Shown here in pieces: positions 38,476 through 53,400 of a stretch of 64,000 nt of DNA (positions within the stretch are counted from its first letter, which is position 1; each line of letters opens with the position of its first letter). Origin of the DNA: Ruditapes philippinarum (Eukaryota). The notes below the pieces were generated by a model that saw only the letters and a program-made list of their open reading frames with translations, was not told where the DNA came from and did not search any database. A program made the translations under genes and the position numbers. The DNA is taken from contig NW_026852468.1 of assembly GCF_026571515.1 (NCBI RefSeq), positions 434,001 to 498,000 of the forward strand. Direction: 5' to 3'.

Positions 38476-41400
38476 ATGAAGGAATTAATCGTGATTTTCG
38501 CGTTTTTAGTATGTGCTGGTAAGTCTCGATCAATAATTATATAATTATTACTCTTTTATGTATTTGAACAAATGTGATAATATCAAAAACGGTTGATTAT
38601 GAAATTTCGTTATAAAATCTTGAGACATAAATCGTGTTTTTCAGATGCCGTTCAGACCTGCTCAAACAACGTACGTTGGCCAGATGATGCCATTAACGGT
38701 TATAATTCATATTCCACCGCCGATACATTCACTGGTAACTTCTTTTTTGTAATTAATGCTTCTGAGGAACTGTGTAGAACGTAATCAAGTAAGTCCTGTA
38801 GGAAAAATGCTACTTCGCTGACAATTTATTTTATGTCTGTATAGGGTCAAAAAACATTGATTCCGTTTTCATATTTTGTATCAATCAAGAAGCAACACAG
38901 AATTCAGTTACGTGATATATACTTACTAAAAGGGGATATTTACATACATAAATACAATCCGTATTAATTTATTTCATTGCAAAATTTCTTTCATTTATAA
39001 TTCTTGAAATATTCAGATAAAGTATACATTATTAACTTTACTTGTTGAAACGAATTGTGTCATGGAGATTATATAAGGTCAAAGAAGCACTCGCGTCGAT
39101 CATATATTCAAAAATTATTTTCTGTATTCGTAACAAACTCTGCTGAACATTACAGGAACCTGTATGACATAGTTTTAATTGGATCTTTGATTGAAAATTT
39201 CAAACTAAATTGTTTCAAGATCACGACAACTGTACAATAAATAATCATTTGTCAAATGATGTAATGTTTATATAACTTCAACATAAAATTAAATCAATCA
39301 TATTAAAAAACTGATTGTTTCATATAAAGGCAGCGGGTTTTTGATGGAGGCAGTGGAATATCACACCCCAGACAGTTGCACGTGCGGCGTGCTATATAAA
39401 TGGATTTTCCATGCTGTTGAGGACGGTGCAATTGAGTTACAAGTCTGGGACCACTTAGATCATCAGAGTTACCAGCTGAAAGGAGAAAATTATTTTACTG
39501 TTCCAGGTTTGAATCTTTACTAAATACGATTATTTCTGAAACAAAGATAGACATGCATATTACATATTATTATTGATCAAAGCCAAATAAAATTTAACCT
39601 GGAGTGCTGAAATAAATTTACGTTTTGTAATGATGTTGTTATAATTGCTTATTAATATTTATTGTTTAAAACTGTTTAAAGCTAATGTTTTTTCATTAAT
39701 GTTTTCTGTGTATTCTTAAATCAATTATTTAAAACTTTTGAAAGATTTCTTTTAAAAGGAATAATTTGATAGAGAACAACGGTTCCTCTTAAAAGGTGTT
39801 TGCAATATTATTTTTCCCCCAAAAATATGTTCTGTCAAAATCTTAAAACTTTTTACAAGTACAAGACTTACTTACTTAAATACTTTATAATTGTAATGAC
39901 CTTAAATATATTACAGTTTCAGCTAAGGGTGAAACTGTAGAGTATCTCGTGCCAGAAAGGGATAGGATTACTATAAGGAATAACTATCTCATTGGATGGT
40001 AAATATATTATGTCATCGATGATAGATATAATATCTCATTAGGTATTGATATAATATCTCATTGTGTGGTAATTATGATATTTCATTGCGTGATAGATGT
40101 AATTTCTCATTTAATGTTAATATAATATCTCATTGTGTGGTAAATATGATATCTTATTGAGTGATATATATATATAATATCTCATTCGGTGTTGATATCT
40201 CATTGGATTTATTGAATCATAATCATATCTCACTGGGTTCTGAAAATCTCATTGGATAATAGATATATTATCTCATTAAGTAAATATGATATCTCAATTG
40301 ATTGTAAATATAATATCTCATTGGATATCAATATAATTTTTATTGGATAATAAATAATATATCCTATTTAATTGTAAATGAAATATCTCATTAGATATAA
40401 ATATAATATTTAATGGATTGTAAATACTATATCCTATTCGATTGTAATTGAATATAATATCTCATTAGATGTTAAACCCTTGGATTGTTTAAATAATAAA
40501 TCATTGGAATATAAATGAAATATCTCAATTGAGTGTAAATGGAATTCAGTGGATTGTAAATATATTATCTCACTGAATGGTAAATATGATATTTCATTGG
40601 ATTGTATATATGATGTATTATTGAATGATAAATATCATATCTGATTAATTGTTTACACATTTGAATCATACATACCTTTAAAGTTTTCAATGTATTATAT
40701 AAATCACTTACTACAATATCGTGAGAAGCTTTAACTACAACAATAATGAGCCGCGTCACGACAAAACCAACATAATGGGTTTGCGACCAGCATGGATCCA
40801 GACCAGCCTGCGCATCCGCGCAGTCTGATCAGGATCCATGCTGTTCGCTTACAAACCCTATCACAAGTAGAGAAACTGATAACGAACAACATGGATGCTG
40901 ATCAGACTGCGCGGATGCGCAGGCTGGTCTGGATCCATGCTGGTCGCAAACCCATTATGTTGGTTTTGGCGTGACGCGGCTCAATTCATTTCTCGATTTC
41001 GTAAATAGTTTTCTCAGTTTCTATCAAAGCGAAAAAGTAAAAAAATATTTGTTGAACACTTAGTAAGACAATGAAAGTTTATTTTGCTGAACTACGAAAG
41101 ACTGACAGGGACACTTTAATACATAACAAATAAGTGATTTCATCATGAGTCCTCGATTTCAATTTTTTATGAATTCATAATTTCAATATTTAAACTTCAT
41201 GAAGTCACGATTTCAACTTGATAAATTAAAGTTATATTTGTGAATTCGTGAAGCTGAATTAGTGAATTTGTGAAGTTGAATTCGTGAATTCAGGAAGTTG
41301 ATATGAAATCGTTAATTCGTGAAGTTAAAATCATGTATTCATTATGTTGAAATCGTGAATTTATGAAGATTGAAGCTACCTTAGTTGTCTGTGAGTGATC

Positions 41401-44400
41401 AAGATGTCATTGCACTTTGGAAAAATTGAGTCAATTTTCTTTGCGTCCAAACCGAAATTAAGGTCTAAGTGTAGTTTGAATATTACATTCTTCTCCTCAG
41501 AAATGAAGAAATATCAATTGTTCAATCAAATTTAAAAATAACATTAAAGTCAGCCTGAATGTCAGTCATTATTTTTATCTTATAGTTTGATGTTTAGCCT
41601 TTAATTTCGAGAGGCAGGGGGTTAAATTTTGAATTATGTATCTCTGTAATATGTGAATTAATGTGATAGTCTCTGTGTGCTATAATCTCTATGATATTTG
41701 TATAACAATAACTATTTGAGCCGCGTCATGACAAAACCAACATAATGGATTTGCGACCAGCATGGATCCAGACCAGCCTGCGCATCCGCGCAGTCTGATC
41801 AGGATCCATGCTGTTCGCTTACCAACTCTATTACAAGTAGAGAAACTGATAGCGAACAGCATGGATCCTAATCAGACTGCGCGGATGCGCAGGTTGGTCT
41901 GGATCCATGCTGGTCGCAAACGCACTATGTTGGTTTTGACGTGACGCGGCTCAACTATTTAGTGATACATACAGATGATTCAGCATGTTAAATGCCATGT
42001 TAAACTATCATTATTGTGTCGACAAACTAACTAGTAAAAGACTTTCTATATCACGAGGCCAATGAGGTAAATGACAGAGAACACAATGGAAACAAGGATA
42101 TTTTTGTTTTATCTCTGGTATTGGTGTGCAATATTCTTTATTTTAACATGTATTAATATACATGTATATTTCAGGTAGTATATATTATGATATTAAAGTA
42201 TGTCTGTTGCATCATGCATCTATTTTACTGTAATGTTTTATATGTATATTTTACCAAATAAATCTCAAATATATCTATCGTGAATTCGTGAAAATCAAAA
42301 TGTCACAACCGGTCTTTAATAATTTACTTTACATACCTCTTCAACATACACTTGTCTATTTTATAATACTGTTTTTGTGTACAGGTATGCTGCGGGGCCC
42401 TCGGGTATTGTAGGATATAAAGAGGGCGTTGAATCATACTCCGATGAATCGAGGAGGGAGCCGAGCATGACCAACCTTGACCCCGCGCACGAGCCAACAT
42501 TTGACTGGTCTTCTGGGTCTTCTGTTGTAACTAGAGACCGGATATATGCTTTTGGAGCAGAAGTTATTGCAAGTATGTTTTTTATAGATTGTAAAATAAT
42601 TTACCATTTTATTAGNNNNNNNNNNNNNNNNNNNNNNNNNNNNNNNNNNNNNNNNNNNNNNNNNNNNNNNNNNNNNNNNNNNNNNNNNNNNNNNNNNNNN
42701 NNNNNNNNNNNNNNNNNNNNNNNNNNNNNNNNNNNNNNNNNNNNNNNNNNNNNNNNNNNNNNNNNNNNNNNNNNNNNNNNNNNNNNNNNNNNNNNNNNNN
42801 NNNNNNNNNNNNNNNNNNNNNNNNNNNNNNNNNNNNNNNNNNNNNNNNNNNNNNNNNNNNNNNNNNNNNNNNNNNNNNNNNNNNNNNNNNNNNNNNNNNN
42901 NNNNNNNNNNNNNNNNNNNNNNNNNNNNNNNNNNNNNNNNNNNNNNNNNNNNNNNNNNNNNNNNNNNNNNNNNNNNTTTCCGTATTCAATATATGTATGT
43001 ATGTATGTATATATGTAAGTATGTATATATGTATGTATATATGTATGTATGTATGTTGTATGTATTCAAAAACAACATGNNNNNNNNNNNNNNNNNNNNN
43101 NNNNNNNNNNNNNNNNNNNNNNNNNNNNNNNNNNNNNNNNNNNNNNNNNNNNNNNNNNNNNNNNNNNNNNNNNNNNNNNNNNNNNNNNNNNNNNNNNNNN
43201 NNNNNNNNNNNNNNNNNNNNNNNNNNNNNNNNNNNNNNNNNNNAGCTTCCAATATTCTATTGCAGACACGGCTCCTGAGTTCACTAACTTACCTCGTGAA
43301 GTTTGGATATACGGCGACGAGACAGCCGGAGCATTCATATACAAAATATCCGCAGACGACATTGATTCGAAAGACGTGTCTTCACTTTTTATCAGAGATA
43401 TTGATGAACAATCAACTAGTCAGTTTTATTACGACAGAACAATACGTGCGTGTTTTACTTTTATTGTTACATGTTTCTTTTCACTAGTTTTTAAAATAAC
43501 AACTTTTCGGACGTAAAGCTTAGCCGAACACCATCGGATATTTGTATATATTTGCTGTTAAAAATGAGCTACTTGGTGTAACTATAATAATGACCGCTGA
43601 TTAGATGATGTTGATGATGATAATGATGATGATAATGATGAATAAGAAAATGATGCTGCTGTGATAATGATGTAGATGATGACGAAAACAAAAAAGAAAT
43701 ATACAGAATATATAAGAAAACCTATTTTACATAATTAGAAGTGCATTTATTCAATTACTTATCATTGTCCTGATTCTGTGATTTCAGGCACTGTTTTCCT
43801 TGCCGTGTCAAAGCCGGCTGTCGGAACATACACTATGACGTTTGAAGTTCAAGACCCCAGTGATTTTTAAATACCAATCAAGCAACACTTACAATAAAAG
43901 TGTTAAGTTGGGTAAGCCTTTAATAAAAAAATATCCAAAAAGATTTATTACATGTACTTTATTTTCTTTTCGACAAAATTAGAACAAGTAAGAACATAAA
44001 CCATCTAATATATCTGTTGCTGTTGGTTTTTTTATTTTATAAATCCGTATGTCCGTTTTTGTTCTTTCGTTCCCGTAGTGTTATCTCAACAATAAAAAAA
44101 CAAGAAATCAAAATTTAAAGGTATATCCAGAAACAGCAGAATTACAAATAGTAATACAACAGTTTGGTATAATAGGGAAGAATAGAATAGAACTTTCGTT
44201 TGTACTTAGATGTATCGAGCTCATTTTATATAGTTATGAAACAGTTTTTAATAGAATCTTTTGTCTTATACTCATAATGTCTAGTGATTTCGGCCAGATA
44301 ACTATATGACTACAAAAAGCAAAAACAAAATCACAAAAATCAACAACAAACAAACAAACAGCTTTCTACAAAAAGCACGACATTGGCCCGAACATGAAAG

Positions 44401-47400
44401 TCATTATTTTATGCGCCCTCCTCTGTTGGGAAATCTCAGCAGCGAGTCAGTCATGTGCATTTAGGTATAAATCTTTTTCTAATTCTCTTTATCTTATGAA
44501 CGACAGAATCAAAAACTTTGATTATACCGTTTTTGCGACGGACGCGCCCTCAGGCGCGTTCAGAGCTAAGTCATCTACACATGGGATTTCGTTGGCTACA
44601 CTCGCGCAATGTGTCCTAAACCAATTAACAGCCCAAGAAATAGTACATGAATTTGATCCTTCAAAACTCCCATACTTTGTCTGGATATCTTAATGTCTTC
44701 CATATTTAGCCTTTTCAATTTCAAATTAAGTTATCCAAGTTAAAATATGAACGTATATTACTGATAAAAACGTTGTAGTCCCGTAGTATTATTTGCGCCA
44801 ATATGCAAATTACTGCTGAAACGATTTACCGCTGTCGAAAAAGTAGGGCAGCAAATTATACTACAATAAAGGTGTAACCTCTGAGTTCCAAGACATTATT
44901 AGTAGGAAATAAATATTTCTACATTATACAAAACATTATTATTAACAAATCAAAAGTTTTTCGTGACTCTAGGATAACTCGCTCATTAATAAAAGGGGAA
45001 CTATTTTCGTGACTCATACCGCGGGTTTAGCTGAATATTCAGCAGTTATTGATATATTAGATACAGTACAATGGATAGTATAAAAATGCATGTAAGACAC
45101 TTTACCGCCATGTAGTCTTTCATGGTAAGGAAGTTATAATATCAGTTCTACTTCCGATTCTTGTGGTTTGTTTACATATTTTACTAGGTCATGATATGAG
45201 TTAACCTTCGCTATTCTAAAAATAGATTCTGCTTCACCTGTTCTGATTTTTGCGACAGGCGATTAGGAAGTACACATTAAACATGTAATTAAATAAACCA
45301 GCGGATTGTAATGCAATACTTTTTAGAAATGCTATACAATTGTAAGAAGCAAACAATTTGAAAATGGAATTTAGTGTGAAGTTGAAAAGGACAAAACCAA
45401 AACACTGTAGTGCTTTAAGTGACTTTAAATTAAAAATTAAAACGATGTGCTCTGGGCCTCTACATCTTTACCTTGTAAATAAAAAAAATCTAAAAAATAC
45501 ACTATTAATTTGCTGATGATTTTATCCATTTTTGTTTTTAATGAACATATCCAAGAGAAATAAAAAAATACAAATGGACTTATATATTATTGTCTGTATG
45601 CCCACTATGAATAACACGAAGCAATTCTAAAATAGCATTCTCAAATGTAATAATGTATTATGTTTGAAGTTTATTTGCCTGGATTATTCTAGAAATATTT
45701 CGTTGATTTTTTTTTTTTATTTACATATCAATTCTTAGAATAAATCGATAAGGACACTGATTTACAAGTTTGACCATGAGTTTTTAGCATAAATTTCATT
45801 CTGTATTTTAAGTGCTTGAAAGTAGAAAATCTGAATTATATCAATTTGGGACACAAAATACATTGCTCTACAAATCTCGAACTTGTATGGAACAAATTTT
45901 CTCTGTTATATATTTTGTGTTTTGTTTTTTTTTTTTTCTAAAAGAAGCCTTAATTAATGTCTCTCCGGTTGCATGTCCGTCGCATTCAGTGCTGCAGCAC
46001 TTTGATTTTCTTTTTAAAAGGCACCCAGATTAACAAATTTGCCCTCATATTTGCGAACACTATCTGAAAAAACACTAAATACAGTGCGCTTTTCACTGTA
46101 CAATACACGGACAAAGACAATTCGACACTTGTTTACAACTTTGAATGTTTTCCCCAACAAACGCTGGATTTACTGTAAAAAATGTAGGACATTGATAGTC
46201 GTATCACAATATATACTGATAAAATAAAAAATTGATTAAAATGAAATAGAAAATTTATACCATGGTGTAATTCTTGTTGGGGTTTTAAACCCTATGGCAC
46301 TGGAAGAGTCATATGACATCTTTCCAGCTTTTCTGGTGGTGGAATACCTCAGGTGTCCCTGTGTGCATTATATCAAGTCAGTGTCCACGGAGTCATCGAC
46401 TTACGTTCAAATTCAATCATATTACACAAACAAATTATTTATTCTAGTCCACCAGGGATGGCAAAGCGATTTCAAGTGGGTTTATTTTCTTCTCATACTT
46501 TTATATCTATAGATTCGATACATATACATACATATGTTATTTAACTGAACCATTGGATAAAAAACTCACCGACACCAAGTCTTTACTCAATGCAAGGAAA
46601 ATAAGATGAAAGAAATTTATGTAAAACTGGTGGCATAACGTATAAAACGTCTAACCACGTCATATGTATTCTTATTTCAGATTCAAACAGATCTATAGTT
46701 ACGACTAATGGCGTTACATTTAACTATGAAACAACTCAACAATACATAATGGACATCACGTTAAGTGATGGACAAAGCAATACAGACACGGGCTACTTTA
46801 TGTTGTATATTACAAAAAATAATCCGCCAAAATTCACTAATTTGAATAGTAAGTACTTACTGAAACAAAAATTAATAATAAATCAACACTTATTAATGGC
46901 CATCTCCAAGCATTATTCTCCTGCATCCTAACTTTACATGGCCAAATTAAACCCGTATAATATTAAATCTTGTAGTCTAGTTTTCGTTTGTTTTAGAATA
47001 CTACTTTTAAAATGCTTTAATTAAAAACATAACAATGTCCTCATACATTGGATGATTCGACAATTAAATTAATTAACGGAAATAGAGAGAAATTAAAAAC
47101 GCTCCTTTAAATATTTACTCTGTAATGTCAGTGTCATTTCACTACTGGAATATGAACAAATTTTTTTAAAAAATGTTAAAACAACAACACTGCACAGTCA
47201 GCAATTCTTTTCTTCATCTTTGAATTCCTCATTGGTATTATAGAACCACACTAATCTCACATTCACTTTGCTGATAGGATTAACTAGTTTAATTATTGAA
47301 TTTATTGAATTTCACAGATTTGTTATCGCACGGTTATGTTGTTTTTTTTTTTCAGACGGCGCTAGAGCCAATATAACATATCGTACAACAGCCACCGGTG

Positions 47401-50400
47401 ACTTTGTGTACGCTGTTGTCAGCAACAGATGCCGAAAACGACGACCTTACATTTTCCATGACCTGTGACCCTGCAGGATGTCCGTTTGAAATAGATGGAG
47501 ACAGTAAGACTTTTACCCTTACAACACTAAATAACTTCTCGTCCAAATCTGATCAAAACCATTCATCGTTTTTAATGAGAAAACTAAAAGAATAAATACC
47601 GAATAGTGAATAGTGAAGACCATGACGGCAAGGACGCGCCTGGTGTTAAATCATAATTATTTAGATAAAGTTTATGTTGCCCTATAACACGCCACAGTTA
47701 CGAGATGCATTTGGTTATTATAATTTAATCAGGTAGAACATTCAAACATATTATTCCCGATCTGGCGGTCCCACAACAGCACCATCTGAAAGTGTTGTTG
47801 CTGCAGTATAAGCAGCTGTAGATGAAGACGTCTGTTATTTCATGGAGGTGACTAGTAATTTTATGTAGCATTTACACCTCATCAGCACATATATGTTATA
47901 TTTTTATTGCCTCGAGATTTATGTTTAAAAGTCCTTAAAAGAGATATAGGTGTTTCCTTTGAATTATTAACCGACTTTGTTCTTCAGGCAAATGTTAAAC
48001 ATCTGTGGCTGTCAGCCCACGACAGCTGTGCGAAATTTCCTCCATGCAACGATTAATACGCAACGCAGGCTATATTTAACCTAAGCAACAAAAGTTTTTG
48101 TAAAAACTTAAATTACATTCTCTCTCCAACCTACAGTTTTTATCTCCGCTCGATGTGAAAACTACAAAATATTTACTGCTTAAAACTTCTCCCGCCTTCG
48201 ACGGTTGCCCTTTTCTATTACCTAAATTTCTCCTTTCGCTTTTTCCGTTCCAAGCAAAGAATGCTGCTCACACATTAAAAGGGCTGACTTTAAAAGGGGT
48301 TTAAATTTACTAATACACGAGTAAATTATGCATAAGTATGGAGGTTCGCCTGTTGTCGCCATATTCTGTAGGTCATTGTACCCTCAACGATGAACCACCG
48401 GAGAGAAAAGGGGGTATAGATTTATTCAAACTTTTTACTGTTAAACTTTAAAAAAGTTTGCTGGTTTTTATGCTCAAAATCAGTAAGCGGGCAAAAGACT
48501 ACAGTCAATCAATATCCAATTGGAATACTTTTTAGGATCAAGTTTCTTCATTTTGGGAATTTGAACATTACAAGTTTTTTTTTTTTAATTCGGGGGTTTG
48601 GTCCGCAACACAAATTTTTGGAAACTTTTAAACCACCGGTTGGGCCTAGCATATTTTTTTTGATTCACAATTTGTTGACCTAGGTCTTCATTTTCTAGTT
48701 CATGGTAATAAACTAATACAATGTATCAGAATATGATATATCACTATAGTTTGTGTTTCCAATTTACGCTGAATTTCATTTCACGAATAAATACAGCCGA
48801 TTTGCGAAAAATAGTTATAATTGTAGTTTTAAGTCCATTGAAGATGTCAAATTTCAAGCAACAGTTTAAGGTCTATATCATTTCTCGAACTTCTTTAAAC
48901 TAAAGATTAGACTAGATATTTCATACTAAACAATAGAAATTTGTCTTTTTTCATATTACATGTGCTTCATAAAAAACAGCAGTTACATTTTTTCCAGAAA
49001 ATATTTTAAAGTCTGACTCTTGCTTTTTAAAAAAAACTAGCAAAATGTATATCTAAAATGTTGATTTTAACTACAAAAAATATTGATTATTGTATATTAT
49101 CAGATATAAATGATGTTCCAATGATTGTAAATCTCGGATTGACCGATCCTATAGCGGTACACGAGGGGACGCCGCTCGGAACGACTGTGTATACGATACA
49201 ATATGTTGATATCGATACAACAGATTCCCACACCGTCCATGTGACATATGACGAAACTTGGGCAACCAACTATTTTGGATTAAATGTATCAAGTACGTAT
49301 ATTATACAGATCAGATTCTCAAAGAGAAATTAGTACTAGGAATCGAGAAGTGTACTCCTTAGAATATCACATGTAATATGGTAATATTATAATTTGTTTT
49401 CCAGATCTTACAATGGCAGTTATATTGGAAATCTGATATTTTTCAGAACACTTGAAATTACCACTACCGTTTATCATCAACATTTTTGTCGCTTCGGTTG
49501 TTCTTTACGGATTCCGTTTGTCTCTCTTTTATGCATGATTGTTAGAACATATTCTGTTTGACCTGAATTGAAAACGATTAATTGTGTAACATTTTTAAGT
49601 AGTGAAATAAATGATAAATGGAAATGATGACTTTCTTCACTATTACATGAACTCTCACATTCCATTGCTCTTGTTAAAACTTCTGTGCGTGTTTTGTTTT
49701 CAGCCGGTGTTCTTACAACTGAATATAATATCTTGGATTATGAAGAGCTGGACCCTAGTTGGACAGCAATTGCGACAATAACAGTATCTGATAGCCTCGA
49801 TACCGCAACAGGAACGTTGACAATCCACATCCGGAATGTGAACGAGGCTCCGTATTTTCACCAAACGAAATATTCATTTGAACCAATAGAGCAAGGCTGG
49901 GTATGGTGTATTTACTATAAGTATTACAATATGTCACAACAAATTCTGTACTGAGCAAAATAAAGGGGCGTCCGTTGCCGAGTGGTTAAGGTCGTTGACT
50001 TCAAACAACTTGCCCCTCATCGCTATTGGTTCGAATCCCAACAGGGACTTTTGACACTTTCATGTCAGGAAGCTATCCAGCTAGCTTACGGAACGTCGGT
50101 GGTTCTTCTTAGGTGCACGTTCGTGCCTGAAATAATATGGAGGGCGTTCGTTGCCATAATTCCAGACATGTAAACTGTTCCTTTTAAAATCTACTTTTGA
50201 AAATGCAAACATGGATGCCTAGCATTTTAATTGTATCCGTGTACTGCAAATAATATGCCTCTAAATCCAATCTTTTCAACGAAAGTTTCCGCTATTAAAT
50301 AACAAGTTTACTTACACATAGAACGAAACATTTGACCTAACATGAAAAAACAACAACAACAAAAAAACATCAAAAAAAAAAACAAGAACACCAGACTTAA

Positions 50401-53400
50401 AATCCTCTAACTTTGTGAATCTTCTTTTGTCTTATTAAACATGTTAATGTGTAAACTTGATCTTGTAGCTCTGCAACTTGAAACACGTGTTCTTTCATTT
50501 TTTTCCTGTATTCGAGTTTTCTATTTCAGTTGTATTTACATTTGTCTTGTCTCAGGCTATAAGTGTCCAAACATGCTTCCGTATTATATTCGATGGAAGA
50601 TACAAATATGTTTATTTGTAGTTTTTTTTCATGTAAGGTCACTTGTTTTGATCTTTATGTAAACTTGTTATTTAAAAGCTGGAATCTTAGTCTCTTTAAT
50701 GGTAGAATTACAAGTCCTGCTAATTTGGATATTTGTTATAAATATGAATTCACATTTTAAGTACTTACCGCTTTCATTCATCCCACAATTTCTTTTTTCT
50801 GGATTTTGATTTGATTTAATCATATTTTATTGCTTGAAACATGTACATGTAACATAAAGATTACATTAATACAAATACGGATAAGGAAACATGTATGTTA
50901 ACAGTTTGAAGCAAATGGATTGGGCCACAAGTTTTACCAACATTAATGAAGGCCCTCCCCAGGCAAGTTTAAATAACAAAATGGTCATTATAAAGATACA
51001 AAACTTGTTTACGTAATTAATGTGTTAGGCGAAGAAACAAGAAAATATATATTATTTGCACATCATCAGAGCAATATTTACAGTTTGTTTCTATATATAT
51101 AGATTTGAATTTAAATTGATATTAAGGTATTTAGATGACAATATTATAAGAGAAAGAAAAAAAAACAACAAAAATGTTATGAGGTTTAAATATCATGAAA
51201 TAGAAAAAAAATAACACAAAAAAGCACACACACATTCTAAAAACATCCAAACTTCTGTTCACCTTTCTTCTGATAAAAAAAAGGTTTCGCCTCCATTTCC
51301 GTTACTGGACCACCGTTTCTGGGTGACATAACTTGAAAGCTCGCCTTTGAAAGACTTTAAGTGCGTTAAATGTATGCTAACGTATTTGACATAACTTGAA
51401 ATCACGCCTTTTAAGGGCTTTAAGTGCGCTAAATGTATGCTATCGTTATTGCGCTTTTGTCCTATGCAGAATGCGCATACGTTGCTATACAAAAATCGTA
51501 CTGAAAAATGTCTAAAGAAATAATGCACGGAAGGGCATCTGAGGTCTTCCTCCACCAGTAAAGCTGGAACATCTCCATATGACCTATACTGTGTCGGTGT
51601 GACATAAAACCCACTTAAACAAGCAAGCAAACAAACTGAGCAAAATATAGTTTGGTTTTTGTGATTGTTTATATATGCACTGAGATTTGAACTAAAGTAT
51701 TCACGACATGACAATATTTTTATCTGCAGTTGTTAATTATGTGATATTAAGTAATCCTTTAGCAGAGCTTTTTCAGTTGACGTCACTATCTGTTCCGCTT
51801 TCTGCTTCTTCCTTTCCTTCCGACGTTGAATTGTTTACGCCAAATTTAAAACCTGCCGGGAGATTCATTGCCCTGTGTTAATTTAATCTGTTCGTGTATA
51901 GTTGAAGGAGTATCGCCAATCTGTTAACAAAATTTAATTGTCCACAACTCAAATTTATCAATGTCCAGCAGAATATCACAATATGTCCAAAATGTCCAAT
52001 ATGTCCCACACAGATTTACAGAATCAAAACTTATATATTACTATGTTAGCAGTACAATAGTACACAATCCGTATATCGATATCACACAATATCACAAATT
52101 AGCACGCCTCGAAGTGCAAACATTCATCCTATATTGTGGCGACTTTCATATTTTAAACTTTTACTTTGGTAGCGTATAAGTCGCAACACTGTTTGGGGTT
52201 TAAACAATCTTTAAATAAATGGATATAAGTAGGAAAAGTCTTTGTTTAAACTTTTAAAATGTAAGAATATTTATTGAACAGTTAGAACAAATATCATATA
52301 TAAAAATAATTATGTCTTTAACATCTATCAATAATAGTCATTTATAAACTATATCTCTTCTTTTCACAATTTCTATTAGATTCTATTCTCAATTAATATC
52401 TCTGTTAAATTATCTTTCTATTTTATGTTCTGATATTCATTTACAATGTAGATTCTCTCTGTCAATGTTATTTTATTCTATTTTCCACCCCAATAATCAA
52501 CTTATTTACTATAAAGGAATTATCAAAACTAACTTTTATCTCTGAATTCTCAGAGTCAACTTCAATCTCAATCTAATCTTATCTCAATCTCATCTTATCT
52601 CAATCTCATCTGACTTCATATTCGAAAACATCTATATTTATACTAGAAGAATTCCGCTAGAATTGCAGAATTTGGCAGAAAGTGTGATGTCATAAATAAC
52701 AGTGGCAGAATTCAGCAGAATTCTGCAGAAATACATACAAACATATTCAAAGATTATCTTTCAAGTTCAATTAAAGAGGATATACAAAATATTACATAAT
52801 AAAAGCAATTACCTAAGATATGACATATTCTGTAAAACATCGTCTGTCAACTGTCAAAACCCAATGTTTACCAATAAGAAAAACGCCGACGAGAAATCAA
52901 TGACGTAGAACGCATAATTCAATGACGTAATAGACATAAACGTAACAGGTACACATAAATGTTGTAAACATGCCGGTAACTCACTATCAGCCAAATTATC
53001 CAATATCTTTAGAAATTGACGTTAACAGTAGATGACAATTATAAACAGACATACAAAAAATGTGGATAAAGTTTACCGCTAGAAGGTAATTCAATCTTGA
53101 ATTTTATATTGAACGGTAAAAGCTTTATCACTGAGATTAAAAATAATATAAACAATACCCCACCTACTTTTAAAACCATTAAGTTAAACGGAGTTTGCAC
53201 ATAAAATACTCAATTAAAGAATAAAGTAAGCAGATGAATTATTAGATCACCTGATCCCTGCATTATATACTTTCAATGAACATTCTAGTATACTAAACTA
53301 CTTAGAGAAAGAATATTTCAGAATGAACATGAACAGAACTTTCTTGGTATAAGATGAACGAACATGAAAAATTATATAAACATCAAATAAATAAAATTAT

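Noticed and set aside
40792-41944. Duplicated 60-aa MDPDQPAHPRSLIRIHAVR ORFs
   Set aside because: Internal to palindromic MITE copies; not genes.
49964-50050. tRNA gene
   Set aside because: A and B boxes are present but run on into SINE body sequence with other diverged copies in the window; no proper acceptor stem.
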